Origin: Candidatus Latescibacterota bacterium
GTDB lineage: Bacteria; Latescibacterota; 4484-107
Reading direction: 5' to 3'
Length of the DNA stretch: 62,846 nucleotides
Assembly: GCA_043804415.1 (NCBI GenBank)
Contig: JAZDJA010000164.1
Location: 1 to 62,846, forward strand
Part shown: one piece after another, positions 10,467-20,657 of the stretch
Numbering within the stretch: the stretch's first letter is position 1
Layout of the letters: each line of letters begins with the position of its first letter
The notes under the pieces: model-generated
The model's database searches: none
Seen by the model: only the letters and a program-made list of their open reading frames with translations
Told to the model about the DNA's origin: nothing
Position numbers and translations under genes: made by a program

Positions 10467-11069
10467 CTACGCGAGGTTCCCAAAATTCTCCAGAATCCGG
10501 AGTCCGAAACGCTGGCTCTTTTCGGGGTGAAACTGGATGCCGAAGACCCGGCCGCGCGCCACCATGGAGGTATAATCCATGCCGTAATCGGTGGTGGTCA
10601 GGGTCTCCTCGGGGTGGATCGGATCCACATAGTAGGAATGGTTAAAATAGAAGAAGGAACCTTCGGGCACCCCGGACAGAATCGGGCTGTTCTTTTGGAA
10701 ATGGATCTGATTCCAGCCGATCTGAGGCACGTGCACGGTTTTGGGGAACAGGCGCACCTTTCCCTCAAATATGCCCAGTCCCGGATGCGTACCCTTTTCC
10801 TCGCTCTCCTGGAAGAGCAGCTGAAGCCCAAGACAGATTCCGAGCAGAGGAATGCCGCGCGCTACGCCCTCGAGGATGGGCAGCACAAGCCCCGTCCGGC
10901 GCAGATGAGCCATCGCATCTCCGAAGGCACCCACGCCCGGGAGTACGAGTTTCGAGGCGCCTTCTACATCGTCCGGCTTGTCGGTAACCACCGCCTCAAA
11001 GCCCACCTTCTCAAATGCCTTCTGGACGCTTCGGAGGTTGCCCATGCCGTAGTTGATGATGGCGATCAT
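10467..11069 (-). CDS. hisH: imidazole glycerol phosphate synthase, glutamine amidotransferase subunit
   Basis: 200 aa from ATG 11069 (AGGAGAAG RBS). Motifs: GNLRSVQKAFE, catalytic Cys in GICLGLQLL, QFHPEKS. Confidence 0.94.
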   Translation of the reverse strand: MIAIINYGMGNLRSVQKAFEKVGFEAVVTDKPDDVEGASKLVLPGVGAFGDAMAHLRRTGLVLPILEGVARGIPLLGICLGLQLLFQESEEKGTHPGLGIFEGKVRLFPKTVHVPQIGWNQIHFQKNSPILSGVPEGSFFYFNHSYYVDPIHPEETLTTTDYGMDYTSMVARGRVFGIQFHPEKSQRFGLRILENFGNLA

Positions 11070-11082
11070 ATCTGTTCTTCTC

Positions 11083-11898
11083 CTAATGTTGCCCCAATTC
11101 CTCCGACCGCTTCGTGGCCGCTTCCACCGCGCTGATCGCGGCATCCCGGAATCCTTTGGATTCCAATACCTGCATGCCGGTAATGGTCGTTCCGCCTGGC
11201 GAGGTGACCCGATCTCTGAGCACCGCCGGATGCTCTCCGGTCTCGAGCACCATTTGGGCAGCGCCCAGTACCGTCTCTGCGGCGAGCTTCAGGGCGATCG
11301 ATCGCGGCAAACCCATTTTTACGCCCCCGTCGGACAGTGCTTCTATGAAGGTATAGACATAGGCGGGTCCACTTCCAGAGAGACCTGTCACCGCGTCCAT
11401 CTGTTTTTCGGTTACCACAACCACGTCTCCAACCGCGCCCAGGATCGTTTGCGCCAGCAGAAGGTGTTCCTTTTGGGCAAACGTACCGGGACAGATCGCT
11501 GCCATGCCGCAACCCACCAGTGCCGGCGTGTTGGGCATCGCCCGCACGACCGCACACGGTACCTTCAGCTGCTCCTCAATGAGAGACGTGGGCACACCCG
11601 CTGCGATGGAGAGCACCATCTGCTGGGACGTGACAGTCGCACGAATCTCGGCCAGTACCGCCGGGATCGTCTGGGGTTTCACTGCCAGAAGGATCACATC
11701 GGCGTCTTCGATCGCCTGCGTAAGGCTGCCTGCGGGCACGATCTTCCATTTTGCCGCTATGGCCTGTAACCGTTCCCGGTCCGCGTCAAAGGCCGTGATG
11801 CGATCGGCATCCAGCAGAGCGGATGTTACGATGCCGCCTGCTAGTGCTTCACCCATATTGCCCACGCCGATGATCGCAATGCGTTTATCTTGAATCAT
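11083..11898 (-). CDS. proC: pyrroline-5-carboxylate reductase
   Basis: 271 aa. Rossmann IAIIGVGNMGEAL, MPNTPALVG, VTSPGGTT. Confidence 0.93.
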   Translation of the reverse strand: MIQDKRIAIIGVGNMGEALAGGIVTSALLDADRITAFDADRERLQAIAAKWKIVPAGSLTQAIEDADVILLAVKPQTIPAVLAEIRATVTSQQMVLSIAAGVPTSLIEEQLKVPCAVVRAMPNTPALVGCGMAAICPGTFAQKEHLLLAQTILGAVGDVVVVTEKQMDAVTGLSGSGPAYVYTFIEALSDGGVKMGLPRSIALKLAAETVLGAAQMVLETGEHPAVLRDRVTSPGGTTITGMQVLESKGFRDAAISAVEAATKRSEELGQH

Positions 11899-12017
11899 CT
11901 TCGCCCTTTCGGGAATAGTCCGTTCTCAGAATCGATGACCCAATGACTGGGTGAAGGGGGGGATAAGCAACCGGAACACGAATGAGGTCCTCCTATTCCT
12001 TTGCCAAGGGTCACCCA

Positions 12018-12935
12018 TCAGACGAAGGTGAGCCATCCGTGGCTGTCTTCGTTCTCTCCTGTGAGGATGCCAAAGAAAGCGTCCTGCAAGCGCTTTGTGA
12101 TCGGACCCCGCCCCTGTCCGACCGCGATCTTATCGATGGAACGGATTGGGGTAATCTCGGCGGCCGAGCCGGTGAAGAAAACCTCGTCTGCGATATACAG
12201 GGCCTCCCGTGGAATCAGCTGCTGGCGCACTTTGTAGCCCATATCGCGGGCCAACCGGATGACTGAGTGACGCGTGATTCCTGGCAGGATGCAGGATGCG
12301 GACGGCGGGGTAAATATCGCGTCGTTCTTGACGATGAAAATATTCTCGCCGCTGCCCTCGCTGACGTATCCGGAGGTGTCCAGCCCGATGCCTTCGGCAT
12401 ACCCATTGGCCAGGGCCTCCATTTTGATCAACTGGGAATTGATGTAATTTCCGCCCATCTTCGCCAGTGTCGGGAAGGTATTGGGCGCCGGTCGGTTCCA
12501 GGAGGAGATGCACACGTCAATGCCCTGCTCGATGGCCTCCTGGCCCAGGTACTGTCCCCATTGCCATACCGCGATCACCACGTTGAGCGGACATTGCATG
12601 GGATTTACACCGATGCTTCCGTATCCCCGAAAAACGACAGGACGGACGTAGCAATCTTTGAGTTTGTTGACGCGAATCGTTTCCAGGGACGCCGCAATCA
12701 GTTCCTCTCTGGTATAGGGAATCTCCATTCGGTAGATCTTGGCGGACTGGAAAAGCCGGTCGATATGATCCTCCAGCCGAAAGCAGGCAGAACCCTTTTT
12801 GGTGTTATAACAGCGGAATCCCTCAAAAGCACTGGAGCCATAGTGTACGACGTGGGAAAGCACGTGAATGTTTGCGTCGTCCCAGTTCACAAATTTGCCG
12901 TCGAACCAAATCTTCTCCGATTTTTCAAATGCCAT
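12018..12935 (-). CDS. ilvE: branched-chain amino acid aminotransferase (class IV)
   Basis: 305 aa from ATG 12935 (GGGAGAAAA RBS). Motifs: [31 protein letters not shown]. Confidence 0.92.
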   Translation of the reverse strand: MAFEKSEKIWFDGKFVNWDDANIHVLSHVVHYGSSAFEGFRCYNTKKGSACFRLEDHIDRLFQSAKIYRMEIPYTREELIAASLETIRVNKLKDCYVRPVVFRGYGSIGVNPMQCPLNVVIAVWQWGQYLGQEAIEQGIDVCISSWNRPAPNTFPTLAKMGGNYINSQLIKMEALANGYAEGIGLDTSGYVSEGSGENIFIVKNDAIFTPPSASCILPGITRHSVIRLARDMGYKVRQQLIPREALYIADEVFFTGSAAEITPIRSIDKIAVGQGRGPITKRLQDAFFGILTGENEDSHGWLTFV

Positions 12936-13308
12936 CGTTTTTCTCCCTGGTTTCCAAAAAATGGACAAGCATCCGTGTCACAAGGACAGGAACATGCACG
13001 GATAACCTTCATTCTGGTCTGCATTGCTGTAAACTATGTGATTTTATGGTACAAAAAAAACCCCACAAAGTCAAGCTAAATTTCGAGACGATGGGCTGGA
13101 AACCGACGGTGGCCGTCGGGCGCGTTTATCTGGCAGGCGAGGACAGAGCAGGATCATGTCCTGTGTTGCCGTACGGGGCGATCCCTCTTGGGTAAGATGC
13201 GGAGGGTATCTCTGCAGGCAACCGTGGAAGAACATGTTCTCGCACCCCAAGCAGGTTGCGCTCTCCGCAAGGTCGAAACCGGTCATCTTTATTGGGCTGC
13301 CTTTTTAC

Positions 13309-13337
13309 TTGATTTTGTTCGCCAAATGTGGTATTAT
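13309..13337 (+). promoter_or_regulatory. sigma70-type promoter (TTGATT-17 nt-TATTAT with TGn extended -10)
   Basis: ttgatt ttgttcgccaaatgtgg tattat read directly. The next plus-strand CDS starts about 330 nt downstream. Confidence 0.55.
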
Positions 13338-13668
13338 TTGGCGACTTGTTCTCCGTGAGCCCCCCATCCCGCGGAATGATGTTACCTTCTTCCCGAAAGC
13401 GAATACAGGAAAGTCGTCCCAGGACACTCCGTAAAAGGTTCCAAGGCCGAATTTTGGCGGGGGTGAAGAACGCCTTGCGTTGTCCCAGATCAAGCCGTTG
13501 GACGACTGTCTGCAGCAGACTCCCTTTTCTTTGTGGCTATATGGCAGATCTTTTGCGAAGGGATCAGATTTCTTTATCCGGCGCACCCCGGTTCTTGGGT
13601 CCAGATGCGATTTGGGTGTCGTATGATCCACTCACCTGGCAGCAGTCACCGGATCGAATTGGAGAGGA

Positions 13669-14238
13669 ATGATTCTGATGAAGAAACAGGACTTGGATCA
13701 ATCAGAGGCAAGATCCGCGGAACCGGCTCTGCCCGATGGTGATCTGGCATTTCTGCAGGAGGTATCGATCTTTGCAGGTTTGTCGGAGGCGCAACTTCGG
13801 AGGATGCGAGGCGTTATGAGGAAGGAGCACTTTGCTCCCGGGAGTGTGGTGGTTCGGGAGGGAGACGTGGGGAATGCGATGTATATCTTGGAGGAGGGAA
13901 CGGTAGATATCTCCAAAACTTTGATGCTGCGGGTTGGGCGCCATGATATTGGTCAGCGGGAGAAAACGATGGCGCGTTTAAGCGGGGAGCATCATGCCTT
14001 TTTCGGAGAGATGGCGATGCTGGAAAGGGACGGGCGATCGGCCACGGTCAGGGCGGTGACGCCGTGCTGGTTGTTCGTGATCGAACGGGAGGATTTCGAG
14101 CGGGTGTGCGAGGAAGACCCCCGGATGGGTTATCGCATCGTGACCCATATCTCCCGGGCCGTTTCCGGGCGACTCCGTTCGACCAATCAGGATGTGCTCA
14201 AGTTGACCACAGCGCTGAGTATGGCGCTCAGGCGGTGA
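13669..14238 (+). CDS. cyclic-nucleotide-binding domain protein (stand-alone cNMP-binding, no HTH)
   Basis: 189 aa. FAPGSVVVREGDVGNAMYILEEG ... FFGEMAMLERDGRSATVRA (cNMP phosphate-binding cassette). The ATG at 13678 has better GGAGAGG spacing than 13669. Confidence 0.85.
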   Translation: MILMKKQDLDQSEARSAEPALPDGDLAFLQEVSIFAGLSEAQLRRMRGVMRKEHFAPGSVVVREGDVGNAMYILEEGTVDISKTLMLRVGRHDIGQREKTMARLSGEHHAFFGEMAMLERDGRSATVRAVTPCWLFVIEREDFERVCEEDPRMGYRIVTHISRAVSGRLRSTNQDVLKLTTALSMALRR

Positions 14239-14326
14239 GGAGCTGAAAACATCCTGACAGCCTATAAGTTCTGGCAGCTCACGGACTCAACTCGTATGCC
14301 GCATGGCCACGAAGGAACAAAATAAG

Positions 14327-14355
14327 TTGACAAATGGCCTCTAATGTGTTATTTT
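14327..14355 (+). promoter_or_regulatory. sigma70-type promoter for tRNA-Leu (TTGACA-17 nt-TATTTT)
   Basis: ttgaca aatggcctctaatgtgt tatttt, ending about 20 nt before the tRNA 5' end. Confidence 0.6.
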
Positions 14356-14375
14356 TGAAAGTTCGCTTCTTCGAT

Positions 14376-14459
14376 GCGAGGGTGGCGGAATTTGGCAGAC
14401 GCGCCAGACTTAGGATCTGGTGGGTAACCGTGGGGGTTCGAGTCCCCCCTCTCGCACCA
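14376..14459 (+). tRNA. tRNA-Leu, anticodon UAG, with encoded CCA
   Basis: Folded by hand. Acceptor gcgaggg/ctctcgc, anticodon stem ccaga/tctgg with loop cTTAGga, long variable arm, T arm ggggg-ttcgagt-ccccc, discriminator A plus CCA. Confidence 0.93.
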
Positions 14460-14572
14460 TGAGGACCGCATTCCGGGTGAGCTATACGGGAGGACCGTCT
14501 GCAATTTGACTGCAACTGGAATTGCAACATGATAATTAATAAGTAATAACTGATCAACAGGAGAAGGAGGCT

Positions 14573-15904
14573 ATGCTAAAGGTCAGCATCGACGGATTGG
14601 ACGGCGTTCGGAGCAGGATTAACGTGGAAGCTTCCCCCCAACGCGTGGAGGAGGAGGTCAGCACGGTGGCCCGGAAATATCGCAGGGAGCTTCAGGTTCC
14701 GGGGTTCCGCAAGGGGAAGGTGCCCATGGGGCTGATCAGAACCCGTTTTCGAGAGGCCCTTGAAAGCGAACTGCTCTCGGAGTGCGTTCCCATGCTCTAC
14801 CAGGAGGCGATCGATCAGGAGGGACTGGTTCCTCTGGCCCATGCGGAGATCGAAGACGTGGAGTATGAGAGTGGCAATCCCCTTCGTTTTGCCGCATTGG
14901 TGGAGCTGAAGCCGGAGATTGAGGTGATCGGCTATGATGATCTTTGTGCCACCCGGACAGTGCGCAAGGTGCGCGAAGAGCAGGTGGATCAGTGGCTGAA
15001 CCATCAGCGTGAGCGGCATGCACAGATCACCATGGTCGACCGGGCGGCGGCGATCGGGGATATCATTCTGGTGGATCTCAGGCAAACCGACCGGGGGGGT
15101 ATCCCCATTGTGGGCGAACAGGTGGCGGACCAGCACATCGAACTGGGCGCAGGTCATCACCTCGGAGATGCGTTTGATCAGCAGATGGTAGGAGCCGAGA
15201 AGGGAGGGGAACGTCGGGTTGAATTGGCCATCCCCGGGAAGGATCCGGTGTTCTTTTCCGTGAACGTCAAGGAGATCCACGAAAAGGCGCTCCCGGATTT
15301 GAACGATGACTTTGCGAAAGATATGGGGTTCGATTCGCTCCCCGAGCTGCGAGAGAAAATCGGCGCGCTCATTCAGTCCCGAATGGACGATGATTCGGAG
15401 CGGGGGGTGCATTCGGAGCTCATCAATCAGATGATCTCGAAAAATACGTTCGATGCGCCGCAGACCATGGTGGAAAACTATATGCAGTCCCTCCTGGCCG
15501 AGGTGAAAAAGCGCTCGAAAGAAAAGGTCAATGAGGAGATGCTTCGCGAGCAGGAGCGCGGCAACGCAATCCGGCACATCAAGACGCATCTGATTCTTCA
15601 GGGGATCGTCCGGACAGCGCCTATCGAGGTGCCCGATGAGGACATCGACGATCAGATCCGAAAGATCGCCGAAGGATCGAAGACCGATTTTGAGGAGCTT
15701 CGCGCTGCCATGAAAGCGGATGGACGGTGGGAGCATATGCGCTCCGATCTGCAGGAGAAGCGCGCGATGGATTTTCTGGTGGATCGCGCCGACATCGCAG
15801 AAGTGGATGCCCAGGAGAGAAATTCCGGCCTCATCGTTCCTCCTTCAATGGACGATGATTATAGCGCAGAGACGATTCTGGAAGAGATTTCCTTGACCGA
15901 ATAG
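14573..15904 (+). CDS. tig: trigger factor
   Basis: 443 aa. GGAGAAGGAGG RBS. Ribosome-binding motif GFRKGKVP near the N-terminus. Sits upstream of clpP-clpX as in many bacteria. Confidence 0.92.
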   Translation: MLKVSIDGLDGVRSRINVEASPQRVEEEVSTVARKYRRELQVPGFRKGKVPMGLIRTRFREALESELLSECVPMLYQEAIDQEGLVPLAHAEIEDVEYESGNPLRFAALVELKPEIEVIGYDDLCATRTVRKVREEQVDQWLNHQRERHAQITMVDRAAAIGDIILVDLRQTDRGGIPIVGEQVADQHIELGAGHHLGDAFDQQMVGAEKGGERRVELAIPGKDPVFFSVNVKEIHEKALPDLNDDFAKDMGFDSLPELREKIGALIQSRMDDDSERGVHSELINQMISKNTFDAPQTMVENYMQSLLAEVKKRSKEKVNEEMLREQERGNAIRHIKTHLILQGIVRTAPIEVPDEDIDDQIRKIAEGSKTDFEELRAAMKADGRWEHMRSDLQEKRAMDFLVDRADIAEVDAQERNSGLIVPPSMDDDYSAETILEEISLTE

Positions 15905-15979
15905 CGTTCGGATTGGGATCGGGCAGAGGCGAGTGGGATGGCATAATCTCAAGTGGGTAAATTGCTGGAGGGGCAACTG

Positions 15980-16590
15980 ATGAGTCTGGTACCGATCGTG
16001 GTTGAGCGGGAGGGAAGAGGCGAGCGCGCCTACGATATCTATTCGAGATTGCTCAAGGATCGCATCATCGTACTGGGTTCGCCCGTGGACGATGCCGTAT
16101 CCAATTTGATTATCGCGCAATTGCTTTTCTTGTCGTCGGATAATCCGGATGCGGATATTTCGCTGTATATCAACTCCCCGGGCGGGAGCATTACCTCAGG
16201 GCTGGCGATCTACGACACGATGCAATACGTGGAGCCGGATGTATCTACGATCTGTATGGGACAGGCCGCGAGTATGGGCGCGGTGCTCTTGGCAGCGGGT
16301 GCTGCGGGCAAGCGATATTCTTTGCCGAATGCCCGGGTCGTCATTCATCAGCCATGGGGAGGCACACACAGGGGACGGCGGCGGACATAGAGATCCACGC
16401 ACGCGAGATCGTGGCCATGCGCAAGCGCCTGAACGAGATCTTGGCATTCCACACGGGCCAGACTTTCGAGCGGATCGAGACCGACGCAGATCGGGATTTT
16501 ATTATGTCCGCGATCGAGGCAAAGGAATACGGCATCATAGACGATGTGATGACCAAGAGGAAAGAGCAGCTGGAGGGAGAGGACGCTTGA
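15980..16590 (+). CDS. clpP: ATP-dependent Clp protease proteolytic subunit, split into two ORFs by a frame disruption at the (CA)4 run 16363-16370
   Basis: Piece 1 is ...[40 protein letters not shown], then nonsense. Piece 2 (16354-16590) is ..[14 protein letters not shown]...[20 protein letters not shown]. Removing one CA restores [17 protein letters not shown] with canonical spacing. Confidence 0.9.
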
Positions 16591-16673
16591 ACAATGAGTA
16601 AAGGGCGCTGACGCGCCGTTGATTCCTCATTGTTTGTAATGCGCAGCTCCTGGTTCATTTCGAAGGGGACAGG

Positions 16674-17924
16674 ATGGTGAAGAAGCGAAAAACAGACGAC
16701 GGCGCATTGGTCTGTTCGTTTTGCGGAAGAAGACAGGGGGAGGTGGAGCGGTTGCTCACCGGGCCTTCGGTGCATATATGCAGCGACTGCGTCCGGATGT
16801 GCAACGAGATACTGACGGAGGATACGACCCACGCTGCGATGGAGGAGGGAGCGCAATGGCCCACGCCGGCGGAATTGAATGCCGGATTGAGCGAGTATGT
16901 CATCGGACAGGACAGCGCGAAAAAGGCGCTGGCGGTGGCGGTGTATAATCATTACAAGCGCATCCGATTCAGCAAAATCGCCGACGAGGTGGAACTGGAA
17001 AAGAGCAACATTCTGCTCATCGGACCCACCGGAACCGGGAAGACTCTGCTCGCCCAGACCCTGGCCAGATTGCTGCGCGTGCCGTTCTCCATCGCGGATT
17101 CCACGGTGTTGACGGAGGCCGGGTATGTGGGGGAGGACGTGGATAACATCATCGTACGTTTGCTCCAGGAGGCGGACTACGACGTGCGGAAGGCGGAAAT
17201 GGGCATCATTTTCATAGACGAGATTGACAAAATCAGCCGAAAATCGGCGAATCCGTCCATCACGCGGGACGTATCCGGTGAGGGCGTGCAGCAGGGACTC
17301 CTGAAAATCCTCGAGGGCACCATCGCAAGCGTTCCCCCAAAAGGGGGGCGCAAGCATCCCGAACAGCCGTTGGTGCAGGTCAATACCCGGAACATCCTCT
17401 TTATCTGCGGAGGGGCCTTCAACGGTCTGGACAAGCTGGTGGAGCGACGCTTGAATACCAAGACCATCGGTTTCGGTGCGGTCATCCCAAAGGAGAAAGA
17501 ACGCCGGATCGGGAATATGCTTTCCCACGTGCAGCCGGAGGACTTGATCCAATACGGGCTCATCCCGGAGCTGGTGGGCCGGCTTCCGGTCATTGCATCC
17601 CTGGAAGAACTGAACGAGGAAGCGATGCGGGATATTCTCGTTCGTCCGAAAAATGCACTGATCAAGCAGTACAAAAAGTTCTTTGAGATGGAGGGGGTGG
17701 AACTGCAGTTTAGCGAGGAGGCCATAGACAGGGTGGTGGCTCTGGCCAGAAACCTGGGTACCGGTGCACGCGGTCTGCGTTCGGTGACGGAAGGCGCGAT
17801 GCTGGACATTATGTACCACATTCCTTCCATGACCGGCGTGCAGAAGTGCCTCATCACACCCGATGTGATCGGAGGGACGGCCGAGCCGGAGTATGTCTAC
17901 CAGGAGCAGAAAAGGACAGCCTAG
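16674..17924 (+). CDS. clpX: ATP-dependent Clp protease ATP-binding subunit ClpX
   Basis: 416 aa. Zn-ribbon [14 protein letters not shown], Walker A GPTGTGKT, Walker [10 protein letters not shown]. Confidence 0.96.
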   Translation: MVKKRKTDDGALVCSFCGRRQGEVERLLTGPSVHICSDCVRMCNEILTEDTTHAAMEEGAQWPTPAELNAGLSEYVIGQDSAKKALAVAVYNHYKRIRFSKIADEVELEKSNILLIGPTGTGKTLLAQTLARLLRVPFSIADSTVLTEAGYVGEDVDNIIVRLLQEADYDVRKAEMGIIFIDEIDKISRKSANPSITRDVSGEGVQQGLLKILEGTIASVPPKGGRKHPEQPLVQVNTRNILFICGGAFNGLDKLVERRLNTKTIGFGAVIPKEKERRIGNMLSHVQPEDLIQYGLIPELVGRLPVIASLEELNEEAMRDILVRPKNALIKQYKKFFEMEGVELQFSEEAIDRVVALARNLGTGARGLRSVTEGAMLDIMYHIPSMTGVQKCLITPDVIGGTAEPEYVYQEQKRTA

Positions 17925-18169
17925 ACCGAGTGCGGCACTGGGTGGGTAGGCGGCGTTCCCGAAAAGAGTCCTTCCGAATACAATGGAAGTGACACCCCTA
18001 TACGCGTTATCTGAACGCCTTGAAACTTTGACAATTTGCGCTGTTATTTGACGCCTCTTCAACGGAAAAACGAAGGAAGGACCTTCCCATCCACTTGCAC
18101 GTTGTCACGGGGAATCCTGTCTTTTTGTCCGATTTTGGAGGGGCGAATCCGGATTGGAAGAGGTAACGC

Positions 18170-20560
18170 ATGGCCGAAGCACTGAAAATACCAAAGATCC
18201 CAAGTCGTTTTCCTGTTCTTCCGCTGAGGGATCAGGTGATGTTCCCCAATATGGTGGTGCCCATCCTGGTCATGCGGGAGAAGTCCATTCAGGCGCTGGA
18301 GGAGGCGATGATGGGCGATCAGTTGATTCTTCTGATGCTCCAGAAGGATCCCACGAAGGATGATCCCACCTCAAAGGATCTCTACCGGGTTGGCGTGGTT
18401 GCCCGTATTATGCAGGTGCTCAAGCTTCCCAATGGGGTCTTGCGGGTGCTCTTTGAAGGGTTGGCACGCGCCAGCGTGGAACGGTTTGTCGCGGGGAAGG
18501 TTTTTCTGAAGGCGAAGGTGCGGATGGTTCCCGAGGAGGTGGCCGCGTCTTCGGAGCTGGATGCGCGCCTGAGAAAACTGATGGACTATTTTACCGAATA
18601 CGTCAAGCTCAATCGTCAGATCCCCGATGAGGTGTTAATGGCCGTCGGCAATCTGGAGAATCCCCGGAGACTGGCGGATACGGTTGCAGCCTACATTATA
18701 CAGAAAGCCTCCATCAAACAGGAAATTCTCGAGCCACTCGATTTGAACGAGCAGTTGGACAAGATGATTGGTATTCTGGCGTCTGAACGCGAAATCCTGG
18801 AGATCGAGCAGAAGATAGACGGCCGGGTGCGCGGTGCCATCCAAAAAAATCAGCGCGAGTTCTATCTCCACGAACAGATCAAGGCCATTCAGGAGGAGCT
18901 GGGAGAAGAAGCGGAGCAGACCGACGAAATCGTCGACCTGGAAAAGCAGATCGTCGAGGCGAAGATGCCCAAGGACGTGGGGGAGAAGGCGCGCAAGGAG
19001 CTTGGGCGTCTGAAAAAGATGTATCCGATGTCCCCCGAATCCACGGTGGTTCGAAACTACCTGGACTGGCTCATTGCACTGCCCTGGGCCAGGCAGACGG
19101 AGGATAATCTGGACCTTTTGGCCGCGCAGGACATCTTGGATGACGATCACTACGGTCTCAAGGAGCCGAAGGAGCGCATCGTCGAATACCTCGCGGTGCT
19201 CAATCTCGTCAAGAAAATCAAAGGGCCGATCCTGTGTCTCGTCGGGCCTCCGGGTACGGGCAAGACCTCACTCGGGAAGTCGGTGGCTCGGGCGCTCAAT
19301 CGCAAATTCATTCAGATGTCCCTCGGTGGGGTGCGGGACGAGGCGGAGATCAGAGGGCACCGGCGCACCTACATCGGCTCGATGCCAGGAAGGATCATCC
19401 AGTCCATCCGGCGGGCCGAGACCAAGAATCCCGTGTTTCTGTTGGACGAGGTGGACAAGATGAGCATGGACTTCCGGGGCGATCCCTCGGCGGCGCTGCT
19501 CGAGGTGTTCGATCCGGAGCAGAACAGCAAGTTCAACGACCATTACCTCGAGGTGGACTTTGATCTGTCGGAAGTGATGTTTCTGACCACGGCCAACGTG
19601 GAGCAGTCCATTCCTCCGCCCCTGTTGGATCGTATGGAGGTGATTCGCCTGCCGGGCTACCTGGAGCACGAGAAACTGAAGATCGCGCAGAAGTTTCTCA
19701 TCCCGAAACAGCTTGCCGAACACGGCATCGGAGAAAAACAGCTCCAATTTACTGCCGGGGCGCTTCGCAGGATCATCCGAAGCTACACCTTCGAGGCCGG
19801 GGTGCGCAATCTGCAGCGAGAGATCTCGAGAATTTGCCGGAAGGTTGCCCGAAAGCTTGTGGAAGGCCAGAGGGCAATCGCCAAAGGTCAGGAGCCTGAG
19901 TCCGCGGAGCGGCCCACTCAAATGCCCGATACACGCCCTGTTTTTACCGTCCATGCAAGAGACGTGGAGAGCTATCTCGGACTTCCCAAGATGGAGGAGA
20001 AACGGAAGGCGGAGGCTGATCAGATCGGCGTGGCTACGGGATTGGCGTGGACCCAGAATGGCGGAGATATTCTCAGCATTGAGGTCAATCTCCTCAAGGG
20101 CAAGGGAGAACTTACGCTGACCGGAAAGCTGGGAGACGTGATGCAGGAGTCAGCCCGAGCCGCACTCAGCTACATTCGCAGCGTAACCGATCAGTGGGGG
20201 ATCAAAGAAGATTTCTACGAGAAGATCGATGTACACATCCATGTGCCGGAGGGAGGCATTCCAAAAGATGGTCCGTCCGCCGGGGTGACCATCGCCACCG
20301 CGCTTTTATCAGCGCTCACCAACCGGGCGGTGAGGCGGGATGTGGCGATGACCGGTGAGATCACGCTGCGGGGAACGGTGCTGGCCATCGGCGGTCTAAA
20401 CGAGAAGGTACTGGCGGCCAAGCGGGCTGGATTGCGCACCATCATCCTGCCGAAAAAGAACGCGAATGCCCTGAAGGAGCTTCCCGATGAAGTGAAGAAG
20501 GGGCTAGAGTTTGTGCTGGCCAATCACATGGACGACGTGCTGAAGGTGGCCCTCGTCTGA
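18170..20560 (+). CDS. lon: Lon protease (LonA type)
   Basis: 796 aa. N-terminal LON substrate-binding domain, Walker A GPPGTGKTS, protease Ser motif KDGPSAGVT. Confidence 0.96.
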   Translation: MAEALKIPKIPSRFPVLPLRDQVMFPNMVVPILVMREKSIQALEEAMMGDQLILLMLQKDPTKDDPTSKDLYRVGVVARIMQVLKLPNGVLRVLFEGLARASVERFVAGKVFLKAKVRMVPEEVAASSELDARLRKLMDYFTEYVKLNRQIPDEVLMAVGNLENPRRLADTVAAYIIQKASIKQEILEPLDLNEQLDKMIGILASEREILEIEQKIDGRVRGAIQKNQREFYLHEQIKAIQEELGEEAEQTDEIVDLEKQIVEAKMPKDVGEKARKELGRLKKMYPMSPESTVVRNYLDWLIALPWARQTEDNLDLLAAQDILDDDHYGLKEPKERIVEYLAVLNLVKKIKGPILCLVGPPGTGKTSLGKSVARALNRKFIQMSLGGVRDEAEIRGHRRTYIGSMPGRIIQSIRRAETKNPVFLLDEVDKMSMDFRGDPSAALLEVFDPEQNSKFNDHYLEVDFDLSEVMFLTTANVEQSIPPPLLDRMEVIRLPGYLEHEKLKIAQKFLIPKQLAEHGIGEKQLQFTAGALRRIIRSYTFEAGVRNLQREISRICRKVARKLVEGQRAIAKGQEPESAERPTQMPDTRPVFTVHARDVESYLGLPKMEEKRKAEADQIGVATGLAWTQNGGDILSIEVNLLKGKGELTLTGKLGDVMQESARAALSYIRSVTDQWGIKEDFYEKIDVHIHVPEGGIPKDGPSAGVTIATALLSALTNRAVRRDVAMTGEITLRGTVLAIGGLNEKVLAAKRAGLRTIILPKKNANALKELPDEVKKGLEFVLANHMDDVLKVALV

Positions 20561-20657
20561 GCCTGGAGCATGCTGAGGCAAACGCCCGGAACCCAAGCAT
20601 TCTGCATCATAAAATGCCGTCTTTGCGGCTAGATCCTTAAGGAAATGAGCGAACCCC

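Noticed and set aside
13407-13507. AGGAAAGUC plus a complementary GGACGACU looked like the RNase P RNA P4 helix.
   Set aside because: The two strands are only ~95 nt apart, the whole non-coding interval is too short, and it lacks the other conserved regions of bacterial RNase P RNA.
14279-14557. 92-aa minus-strand ORF.
   Set aside because: It overlaps the tRNA-Leu gene and its promoter completely and has no coding features.
18019-18056. CTTGAAA (sigma32 -35-like) and TTGACA hexamers upstream of lon, as a heat-shock promoter.
   Set aside because: There is no CCCCAT-type -10 at the proper 13-15-nt spacing and no acceptable sigma70 -10 at 16-18 nt. No CIRCE element was seen either.
16341-18062. 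Very long antisense ORFs: 573 aa here, plus 553-1584(+), 5448-6755(+), 14576-15736(-), 21520-22590(-), 29316-30416(-), 30459-31250(-), 50771-52066(-), 56994-58448(-), 61270-61863(-) and 62020-62682(-).
   Set aside because: Each lies opposite a gene with unmistakable conserved motifs (clpX, purC, eno, tig, the aminotransferase, the propeller gene, cobO, atpA, accD/malK, metG). Their products are Arg/Pro/Gly/His-rich low-complexity strings, typical of spurious reverse-strand ORFs in high-GC DNA.
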